NCBI RefSeq assembly: GCF_009931435.1
Contig: NZ_CP043414.1
Length of the DNA: 64,000 nucleotides
Reading direction: 5' to 3' (one strand)
From: Escherichia coli
GTDB taxonomy: Bacteria; Pseudomonadota; Gammaproteobacteria; Enterobacterales; Enterobacteriaceae
Shown here: positions 15,061-22,613 of the stretch, in pieces
Layout of the letters: every line of letters starts with the position of its first letter
Position numbering within the stretch: position 1 is the stretch's first letter
Program-made: the position numbers and the translations under genes
The notes under the pieces: generated by a model
Seen by the model: only the letters and a program-made list of their open reading frames with translations
The model's database searches: none
Told to the model about the DNA's origin: nothing

Positions 15061-16527
15061 CTACGGCGAAAGCTCTTCCAGTGATTTTCCCTTCGTTTCA
15101 ATAGCGAACAAATAGGTAACCAGGCCGCCTATTAACGCGATGACTGCGAACACAATAAAAACAAAGCGGATCCCAAAACCAGAAACAATGAATCCCACCA
15201 GCAACGGTCCAACGGAAGAGCCAGCCCGCAACCAGGCACTGGAAAATGCCGTTCCAATCGCTCTCAGGCGAGTGGGGTATAGCTCTGCAGAGTAGAGATA
15301 AAGAGAGAAGGCAATGGTCTGGAGAATGGCATACGTCATACTACCGAAAATAAGGATTTCAATGGCAGATTTGGCTCCGAAAATACAAAGAGTCACTAAC
15401 GGGATAATGGCCAGTAAATAAGCCCAGGTATACCAGCATTTTCTTCCAATACGATCGATAAGCAGTGCACAAATTACCGACGCAAAAACTCCACAGGAGG
15501 AAGTAATCCAACCATAAGCCAGACTGGTTTCCAGTGGTAAGTGAAAAAGCGTTTTATACATGGTAGGAAACCAGGTGATCATACCATTGTTCACCGTATA
15601 AACGGTCAGCCATAGTCCCCATAACATAAACGTGCGTGATTTATAGATGCCGGAAAATAGTTCTTTTACGCCACCTGCAGGTTCCTTTTGCACAACTGCA
15701 GGATTAATCACCGGCTCAGGTAATTCCATTCCTCGCTGCAGCGCTTCTTTCTCAAACGCCGCAACGACTTTCTCAGCCTGAACATGGCGACCTTTCGCTG
15801 TTAACCAGCGTGGAGACTCAGGCATTAACCAGCGTAACGGAACCGTCAATGCCGAAGGGATAAGACCTATCAAAAACATCACTTTCCAGCCGTAAAGCGG
15901 AACAAGAAAATAGCCTACAAGACCAGCAAACATCATACCGATCGGAAAAATCACCTCGTAGAGTAAAAAAAAGCGGCCACGTTTTTTTGCTCCGATAAAT
16001 TCATTGATATAAGCGCTGGCAACCGGAACTTCTGCCCCTATTCCTAATCCTTGCAGGAAACGGATAACCAGAATCGACCATCCATTCCAGGCAAACAGGC
16101 AAGCGGCATCCATCGCGACGAACATCACAATGGTGATACGCAACACGCCAATGCGGCCAATTTTTTCTGCCAGAGAGCCAAAAAAGAGTGCGCCGCAGAG
16201 CTGCCCAACATAGCTTGCGGCAATGATCAGCCCGATGAAGGTTGGTGTTAATCCCCATTCCTGAGTGAGTTGCGGTAGCGCAAAAGCTATCGCGATAATG
16301 GTGTAAGCATCAAAGAATGTCGATAAACCCACCACTACACGAATAGCTAAAAGACGCCTGGTGACAGGGAGTCGTTCGAGCCTGGCAAGCAGCGTTGCGG
16401 GATCGCCTTCCCGCGGACTGGCAATAATACTTTCAGAAGTAATAACCTGAGTTGACATAGCGATATCCTGTTGATTGATTCGCAAGACAACGAACTGCGC
16501 CAAACCCAGCGGCTGGCAGCTATTCAC
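15061..16527 (-). CDS. Accessory island gene 2: MFS transporter (sugar-porter / aromatic-acid:H+ symporter-like), about 465-488 aa
   Basis: 12-TM profile; MFS signature motifs (…GRIGVLRITI…, …LMPESPRWL…). Track start is GTG at 16527; MSTQVITSES at about 16458 is an alternative start. Confidence 0.8.
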   Translation of the reverse strand: MNSCQPLGLAQFVVLRINQQDIAMSTQVITSESIIASPREGDPATLLARLERLPVTRRLLAIRVVVGLSTFFDAYTIIAIAFALPQLTQEWGLTPTFIGLIIAASYVGQLCGALFFGSLAEKIGRIGVLRITIVMFVAMDAACLFAWNGWSILVIRFLQGLGIGAEVPVASAYINEFIGAKKRGRFFLLYEVIFPIGMMFAGLVGYFLVPLYGWKVMFLIGLIPSALTVPLRWLMPESPRWLTAKGRHVQAEKVVAAFEKEALQRGMELPEPVINPAVVQKEPAGGVKELFSGIYKSRTFMLWGLWLTVYTVNNGMITWFPTMYKTLFHLPLETSLAYGWITSSCGVFASVICALLIDRIGRKCWYTWAYLLAIIPLVTLCIFGAKSAIEILIFGSMTYAILQTIAFSLYLYSAELYPTRLRAIGTAFSSAWLRAGSSVGPLLVGFIVSGFGIRFVFIVFAVIALIGGLVTYLFAIETKGKSLEELSP

Positions 16528-16565
16528 TTGCAGTTATTTGAGAATCTATCTGCATAAAAACCATA

Positions 16566-16593
16566 ATGAAAACGTTTCTGCAATCGTTTTCAT
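16566..16593. promoter_or_regulatory. Operator-like inverted repeat atgaaaacg-N10-cgttttcat in the divergent MFS / regulator promoter region
   Basis: Perfect 9-bp arms with 10-bp spacer; embedded tgcaatcgttttca fits the LacI/cre-type pattern TGnAAnCGnTTnCA; followed by tataat at 16595-16600. Second copy at 18068-18093. Confidence 0.45.
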
Positions 16594-16885
16594 GTATAAT
16601 TATCGTCATTAGTTTCCCGGGGGATGTCAATTCGACTCAGCGAATATTTGTTAATCAGTTCACATTCCGGATATCTGCTTAGAGAAAAAATGTGATGTTG
16701 TTCTTAAAGCCATCAAGAAAGCTCGCGACAAAGATCGGATACGTACACGCTCAGGACGTAGTAAACATCCAACATTTCTTTGTACATACAAAAAATTGCC
16801 GTACCATTTTACAAGGCCAATCATTACGCACTGGCCTTTTGAATGACGGGACCTTTCAGGTAATTAATACATACGGGAGTCAGCT

Positions 16886-17914
16886 ATGAGCCTGGAAAGC
16901 GAAGAAAAAGACCAAACAGAAAAAAAGCTGATCACCATGCGTGACGTGGCGAATGCTGCCGGGGTGAGTATTTCTACCGTTTCGCGTATCCTGGATGAAA
17001 GATTACCGCCATCTAAAAGCGCTTCTGCCGAAAAAGTACGCCAGGTCGCACGCGAATTGGGCTATCGTCGGGATTATGTTGCCTCCAGTCTCCGTCGCGG
17101 CGGCACCGGGACACTTGGTGTATTAGTTCCACGCCTGACTGATGCAGTTACTGCAATGTTGTTTGAAGAAATCGCTAAAGCAGCGTCGCATCGTGGTTAC
17201 TTCGCAGTGGTCGCGACTTGTGGAGACGATCCCCAGCAAGAGCGAGAATCTGTAGAATCACTTCTCGACAGGCGGGTCGACGGCTTGATTATGTCAACCT
17301 GTCGCCTCGGCGATCCCCTACCGCAAACTTTGCGTGAAAGGGATATTCCCCATGTGCTCGCCCTGCGTACTGATGGTGTTAGCCCATCATCCATCGGCGA
17401 TGATGAACTGGGTGGTTACCTTGCTACTCGCCATCTTATTGATTTAGGACATAAAAACATCGGTTTGATAGGTGGCCCGGATTTTGCCTCAAATGCGCTT
17501 AATCGCCGTAAAGGTTTTGAAAAGGCAATGCGCGAAGCCGGACTAACTATACAGCCGCAATGGTGCTGTTCATCAGACTTTAACATCCAGTCGGGAGAAG
17601 AAGCAGGGATGAAACTCCTCAGAACGACTCCTGCTCCAACCGCTATTTTTGCGGTAAATGACGAAATAGCGATTGGTGTGGTTGCTGCCGCTCACCATTT
17701 GGGGATAACAATCGGCCAAGAGTTGTCGTTAGTGGGTTATAACGACATTCCTCTGGTCAGCCGACTTCCTGTGGCGCTCACTTCCGTAAGAACGCCGCTA
17801 GAGCATATCGCCAGTAATGCTGTGGACATGTTGATTAATGCCGACAGTGGCCGCTCTTTGCGTACAACCATACCGACTTTAATACCAAGAAAATCAACGA
17901 GTTCACCCAAGTAA
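16886..17914 (+). CDS. Accessory island gene 3: LacI-family transcriptional regulator, about 325-342 aa
   Basis: N-terminal HTH (…ITMRDVANAAGVSISTVSRILDE…) followed by a periplasmic-binding-protein-like sugar-binding domain; alternative start at MRDVA (about 16937). Confidence 0.85.
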   Translation: MSLESEEKDQTEKKLITMRDVANAAGVSISTVSRILDERLPPSKSASAEKVRQVARELGYRRDYVASSLRRGGTGTLGVLVPRLTDAVTAMLFEEIAKAASHRGYFAVVATCGDDPQQERESVESLLDRRVDGLIMSTCRLGDPLPQTLRERDIPHVLALRTDGVSPSSIGDDELGGYLATRHLIDLGHKNIGLIGGPDFASNALNRRKGFEKAMREAGLTIQPQWCCSSDFNIQSGEEAGMKLLRTTPAPTAIFAVNDEIAIGVVAAAHHLGITIGQELSLVGYNDIPLVSRLPVALTSVRTPLEHIASNAVDMLINADSGRSLRTTIPTLIPRKSTSSPK

Positions 17915-17923
17915 AGCCTGTCT

Positions 17924-17962
17924 TTCATTTGCTGCAAAACCCGGGGTTTTGCAGCAAATGAA
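17924..17962. other. 39-bp near-perfect palindrome just downstream of the regulator gene
   Basis: ttcatttgctgcaaaaccc-g-gggttttgcagcaaatgaa (19-bp arms); no U-tract follows, so either an unusual terminator or a protein-binding site. Confidence 0.4.
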
Positions 17963-18067
17963 GAACATTAAAATTCTTATATTCCTTCCCTGATTTTGTG
18001 ATCCCTGCTGCATTTTTCAACAACTGTTGATTGACAACCTCATTCATCAGGTTCAAATTCAATCTTG

Positions 18068-18093
18068 TGAAAACGATTGCAAGAACGTTTTCA
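18068..18093. promoter_or_regulatory. Operator-like inverted repeat tgaaaacg-N10-cgttttca upstream of the DapA-like/FAH/Dcu genes
   Basis: Perfect 8-bp arms, 10-bp spacer, about 60-80 bp upstream of the ATG at 18151; first arm plus spacer (tgaaaacgattgca) matches TGnAAnCGnTTnCA exactly. Same architecture as 16566-16593. Confidence 0.45.
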
Positions 18094-18150
18094 TTTCGTT
18101 TCTTGCATTGTCCACATAATAAAAAAGACTAAATTATTAAGGAGATAGTC

Positions 18151-19080
18151 ATGATCAATATAGATCTCAGAGGTTTGACCCCGGCACCGGTTACCCCTTT
18201 CAATCGTGATGGTAGTATTGATTTTGATGCTATCCAGCGTCTGGGAAGCTGGCTGGGTAGTATTGACGGCGTTAAAGGGTTAGTTGTACTTGGTCATGCT
18301 GGTGAAGGTACTTTCCTGACACAAGATGAACAGGCCGCTGTGATCCGTGCTTTCGTAAAATCCGTAGATGGCAAGCTGCCTATCATTGCCGGTATCACCG
18401 GTGAAGGGACTGACGTCGCTGCTAAAGAAGCCAAACGTGCCGTGGAAGCTGGTGCTTCAGCAGGCCTGTTATATCCTTCTCATGGATGGTTGCGTTTCGG
18501 CTACCAGGACGGCGCACCACAAGATCGCTACCGCGTTGTCTATGAAGAAAGCGGCCTGCCCTTGATCCTGTTTCAGTATCCTGATGTGACTAAAGCAACC
18601 TATAATCTGCAAACACTGCTGGATATTTCCGCACAACCCGGTGTTTTTGCTATGAAAAATGGTGTACGCAATATGCGTCGTTGGGATACAGAGATCCCGG
18701 TTATCCGCCGCGAGCGTCCGGAATTACAGATCCTCAGTTGCCATGATGAATATCTGGTACACACTGCTTTTGACGTAGATGGTTTCCTTGTCGGCTATGG
18801 CAATATTGCGCCAGAACCGCTCATCGAGATGATCAAAGCAGGTAAAGCTGGCGATTATAAAAAAGCACGCGCGATACATGACCGTCTGCTGCCAGTAACG
18901 AAGTGCGTATATCATCGCGGTTCCCATATGGAAGGAACCGTCGCCCTGAAACACGCGCTGGTTGCTCGCGGTATTCTCGAACATGCTACTGTTCGTTCAC
19001 CGCTATTACCGCTGGAGCATGGTGCCGAAGAAGAAATTCATGCTGCTATGCGTGCAGCTGACCTGCCGCGCGTTAAATAA
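18151..19080 (+). CDS. Accessory island gene 4: DapA/NAL-family class I aldolase or dehydratase (dihydrodipicolinate synthase-like), 309 aa
   Basis: Family-typical layout: …TPAPVTPFNRDGSIDFDAIQRLGSWL…GLVVLGHAGEGTFLTQDEQ…, Tyr in …LFQYPDVT…, candidate Schiff-base Lys in …VFAMKNGV…. Good ribosome-binding site (aaggag) upstream. Confidence 0.8.
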   Translation: MINIDLRGLTPAPVTPFNRDGSIDFDAIQRLGSWLGSIDGVKGLVVLGHAGEGTFLTQDEQAAVIRAFVKSVDGKLPIIAGITGEGTDVAAKEAKRAVEAGASAGLLYPSHGWLRFGYQDGAPQDRYRVVYEESGLPLILFQYPDVTKATYNLQTLLDISAQPGVFAMKNGVRNMRRWDTEIPVIRRERPELQILSCHDEYLVHTAFDVDGFLVGYGNIAPEPLIEMIKAGKAGDYKKARAIHDRLLPVTKCVYHRGSHMEGTVALKHALVARGILEHATVRSPLLPLEHGAEEEIHAAMRAADLPRVK

Positions 19081-19351
19081 CTCCGGCAACAGAAAAGAAA
19101 GCAGTATTCTAAATCACTACTCCTGATGGTTATTGCTTTCTTTCACTTAATGCCACATTAACGACGACAGCCACCTTTACATACAATCATAAGGTGGCTC
19201 ATTCTCTTCATCAGCCTATTGTCGCGCCGGGCTATTTTGAATAACTCAGATGTAATAATGATGAGATTGTTAGAATCCAGGCCATAGTACAACGTCTCAG
19301 AAGCCAGAAGGTAAGTAATGCCCTGATCATGGCATGAATTGAAGGAACATC

Positions 19352-20233
19352 ATGAAACTGCTCAGTTTTTCTGTAGATAACGAAGAAAAGTATGGTGCCA
19401 TCGTATCCGATGGAATTATTGACTTGCATAAATTATTTCCCGAACTTCCCGACCTGAAATCATACGTTGCCAGTCAACATTCATTAGACATCGCTTTGTT
19501 TGCAGGTAAAAAAGCCGATTACCATCAGGGCGAAGTGACTTTTCTGCCCGTAATTACTCGACCAAATAAAATCATCTGCGCAGGTATGAACTACCGGGAA
19601 AAATGTGCAGAATTTAATGAAAAAGGTGGCGATCCGACGCTATTTATCCGTTTTGCTGATACTCAGACGGGCCACCGTTGTGGGTTAATAAAACCGACCC
19701 TGAGTAATGAATTTGATTATGAAGGCGAACTGGCGGTAATTATAGGTCGCCAGGGTTCTCACATTCCTGCTGATGAAGCATTTAACTATATTGCCGGGTA
19801 TAGCTGTTATATGGATGGTTCCGTTCGTGACTGGCAGCACAGCTGGTTTACTGCCGGTAAAAATTGGCCTGCAACAGGTGGATTCGGGCCATGGATGGTT
19901 ACGCCAGATGAAATTCCTGACCCTCAAAATCTGAATATTATCACCCGTCTTAACGGCAAGGAAGTGCAGAATGATAATACACATAGCATGCTGCACTCTA
20001 TTAAGGATTTGATTGCCTATATCAGTACTTTCACCACCTTATCGCCCGGTGACGTGATATTAACAGGCTCTCCGGGTGGGGTCGGTAAAAAACGCTCTCC
20101 ACCGCTCTTCTTGTGGCCTGGTGATATTGTTGAAGTTGAGATTTCAAGAATTGGTTGCCTGATAAATCACATTATAAGCGACAACGAAGAGTATCCGGTC
20201 ACTTTACAATCAGAACTCGATAACGCCTGCTGA
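19352..20233 (+). CDS. Accessory island gene 5: fumarylacetoacetate hydrolase (FAH) family protein (hydratase/decarboxylase/hydrolase type), 293 aa
   Basis: FAH-fold core …FDYEGELAVIIGRQGSHIPADEAFNYIAGYSCYMDGSVRDWQ… and …GDVILTGSPGGVG…. Confidence 0.8.
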   Translation: MKLLSFSVDNEEKYGAIVSDGIIDLHKLFPELPDLKSYVASQHSLDIALFAGKKADYHQGEVTFLPVITRPNKIICAGMNYREKCAEFNEKGGDPTLFIRFADTQTGHRCGLIKPTLSNEFDYEGELAVIIGRQGSHIPADEAFNYIAGYSCYMDGSVRDWQHSWFTAGKNWPATGGFGPWMVTPDEIPDPQNLNIITRLNGKEVQNDNTHSMLHSIKDLIAYISTFTTLSPGDVILTGSPGGVGKKRSPPLFLWPGDIVEVEISRIGCLINHIISDNEEYPVTLQSELDNAC

Positions 20234-20320
20234 TTATAAAGTTAACGAAAAATTCGGATAGATAGCCTGGCACTTTAGAAATTAACATTAAGTGGTAGGC
20301 AATCCTTTCAAGGAGTATGC

Positions 20321-21610
20321 GTGATGATCATGCTGCAATTTATTATCGTTTTATTTTTCCTGTTTTTAGGAATGCGTATTGGCGGCATTGGTGTCGGATT
20401 TGCTGGTGGGGCAGGTGTCATCGCCTTGTGCGCCCTTGGTGCAACACCCGGCGATTTACCGATGCTGGTGATCGTTTTTATTATGGTTGTCATCATTGCA
20501 ATTGCTGCAATGCAAGAAGCGGGTGGGATTGACTATCTGGTTGGTTTAACCGAAAAAATGCTTCGCCGCTACCCTCGCCTGCTGGTAATAACTGCACCTC
20601 TGTCTACATGGCTATTAACCATGATGGCCAGTACCGGTCAGGTGTCATTTGCCTGTATGCCGGTTATTGTGGGTGTCGCGAAGGAAAATCAACTTCGTCC
20701 CACCCGGGCGTTGGCGCTTTCGGTTACCGCTTCATTGTTAGGTATTGTTGCCTCGCCTATCTCTGCCGCCGTTATTTTCTTTTCAGGCATCCTGGAAAAA
20801 AATCACCAGGGATGGGGATATTTGCAACTCATTGCCGTTTCTATACCGGCTACTTTATTAGCGTTGATTTGTACTTCGCTTTTTTACCTGTTCTGGGACA
20901 AACTTCGCCAGAATGATCAATTACCCGTACATATGGCTGTAACGAAAAAATCTCTGTCTGCGCCTGTGGTACAGGGAGCTCGTCGCTCAGTACTAATATT
21001 TATTTTTGGCCTAGTTGTAGTACTTTTTTACGCCCTCATTGCCAGTCCGAAAACAGGCGTTATCATACATCCCGTTTTAAATAGTGGACAGGTCCGTATT
21101 TCAGTAATGATGGCTGTAGCACTCGCCATTGTTATGTTTTGCCGGGTAAATGTGAATAACATTCCTGCGACATCAGTTTTTAAAACAGGGATGACGTCAT
21201 GCATCTGTATTTTAGGTGTCGCCTGGCTCGGTTCTACATTCATGGATAGTAACCAGGTGTGGTTTCAAAGCATGATTTCCGGATATTTATTAGATTCACC
21301 ATTGTTGCTGGCAATTATTATTATGCTGGCGTCATGTTTTCTATATTCTCAGGCGGCCTCCACCAAAATACTTTTTCCTATTGCATTAAGTATGGGTATC
21401 GCCCCTGCCACTCTGGTCGCCTGCTTTCCAGCAACGGCTTCTCTTTTTATTTTACCTAACTACCCCACATTATTAGCCGCCGTGACTCTTGATGATACGG
21501 GGTCAACGAAATTAGGAAATCGAATAATCGATCATCCGTTTATTGTTCCTGGTTTAATGGCAACCGTGTTATCGATACTCTTCGCCGCGGGATTCGCATT
21601 GTTTATTTAA
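20321..21610 (+). CDS. Accessory island gene 6: Dcu-family (DcuA/DcuB-like) C4-dicarboxylate transporter, about 429 aa
   Basis: Close resemblance along the whole length to E. coli DcuA as recalled (…LGMRIGGIGVGFAGGAGV…, …AMQEAGGIDYLV…, …TKLGNRIIDHPFIVPG…); about 10-12 TM segments. Confidence 0.85.
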   Translation: MMIMLQFIIVLFFLFLGMRIGGIGVGFAGGAGVIALCALGATPGDLPMLVIVFIMVVIIAIAAMQEAGGIDYLVGLTEKMLRRYPRLLVITAPLSTWLLTMMASTGQVSFACMPVIVGVAKENQLRPTRALALSVTASLLGIVASPISAAVIFFSGILEKNHQGWGYLQLIAVSIPATLLALICTSLFYLFWDKLRQNDQLPVHMAVTKKSLSAPVVQGARRSVLIFIFGLVVVLFYALIASPKTGVIIHPVLNSGQVRISVMMAVALAIVMFCRVNVNNIPATSVFKTGMTSCICILGVAWLGSTFMDSNQVWFQSMISGYLLDSPLLLAIIIMLASCFLYSQAASTKILFPIALSMGIAPATLVACFPATASLFILPNYPTLLAAVTLDDTGSTKLGNRIIDHPFIVPGLMATVLSILFAAGFALFI

Positions 21611-21698
21611 AATGTATATGGCAGGAGTCAATATCATCAGACTCATAGTTCACATAAAACAAACTGCAGCATCATCAACATCACTCAGGTATTAAAAA

Positions 21699-21720
21699 TC
21701 CCCAACCAGCCTGTTGGGGA
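21699..21720. terminator. Hairpin between island and ssb (likely ssb terminator, bidirectional)
   Basis: tccccaac-cagcct-gttgggga; A-run upstream (a T-run on the ssb strand) and T-rich sequence downstream. Confidence 0.55.
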
Positions 21721-21822
21721 TAAATATGTATTTTTCAATGTCCCGAGTAGCTACCGGGCAGATATCAATCTGAGGCTGTGGCTAACGCACACTGGCGGTA
21801 ACCACCTGAACCAAAAGAAATC

Positions 21823-22359
21823 TTAGAACGGAATGTCGTCATCAAAATCCATCGGCGGCTCATTAGACGGTGCTGCCGGAGCAGACTGCTGCGGGCGAGA
21901 CTGCGCGCCGCCGCTGAACTGATTGCCGCCCTGCGGCTGCTGAGGCTGACCCCAACCGCCCTGCGGCTGACCACCACCGATATTGCCACCTGCAGGAGCG
22001 CCACCACCCTGACGACCACCCAGCATCTGCATGGTGCCGCCAACGTTTACCACAACTTCAGTGGTGTAGCGATCTTGACCGGATTGATCGGTCCATTTGC
22101 GGGTACGCAGCTGACCTTCGATATAAACCTGAGAACCTTTACGCAGATATTCGCTGGCCACTTCTGCCAGTTTGCCGAACAGCACAACGCGGTGCCATTC
22201 AGTCTGCTCTTTCATCTCGCCGGTCGCTTTATCACGCCAGGATTCGGAAGTAGCCAGCGTAATGTTGGCAACTGCGCCACCATTTGGCATGTAGCGTACT
22301 TCCGGGTCCTGACCCAGATTACCAACGAGAATAACCTTGTTTACGCCTCTGCTGGCCAT
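21823..22359 (-). CDS. ssb: Single-stranded DNA-binding protein, 178 aa
   Basis: [44 protein letters not shown]…, Gly/Gln-rich tail ending DFDDDIPF. Confidence 0.97.
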   Translation of the reverse strand: MASRGVNKVILVGNLGQDPEVRYMPNGGAVANITLATSESWRDKATGEMKEQTEWHRVVLFGKLAEVASEYLRKGSQVYIEGQLRTRKWTDQSGQDRYTTEVVVNVGGTMQMLGGRQGGGAPAGGNIGGGQPQGGWGQPQQPQGGNQFSGGAQSRPQQSAPAAPSNEPPMDFDDDIPF

Positions 22360-22512
22360 GTTCGTGTCTCCTGAAAAAAAATCGTTCTGAATAAGTGTAA
22401 ACGCGCGATTGTACCATTACCAATAGCGCTTTTACTATGTTGTGACCTCGGTTCAGGGAAACAAACCTGGCCAGACATTGTTACACAACACTCCGGGTAA
22501 TGCATTCCAATA

Positions 22513-22528
22513 CTGTATATTCATTCAG
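22513..22528. promoter_or_regulatory. LexA box shared by divergent ssb / uvrA promoters
   Basis: ctgtatattcattcag (CTGT-N8-CAG) within tactgtatattcattcaggtca, about 90 bp upstream of uvrA. Confidence 0.8.
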
Positions 22529-22613
22529 GTCAATTTGTGTCATAATTAACCGTTTGTGATCGCCGGTAGCACCATGCCACCGGGCAAAAAAGCGTTTAAT
22601 CCGGGAAAGGTGA

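Noticed and set aside
13540-21822. Island considered as prophage or integrative element
   Set aside because: No integrase, recombinase, transposase, phage structural genes, tRNA target or flanking direct repeats visible; gene content is purely transport, metabolism and regulation.
21765-22043. 92-aa ORF overlapping the 3' half of ssb
   Set aside because: Alternative frame of the Gly/Gln-rich ssb tail (Arg/Ser/Ala-rich translation); shadow ORF.
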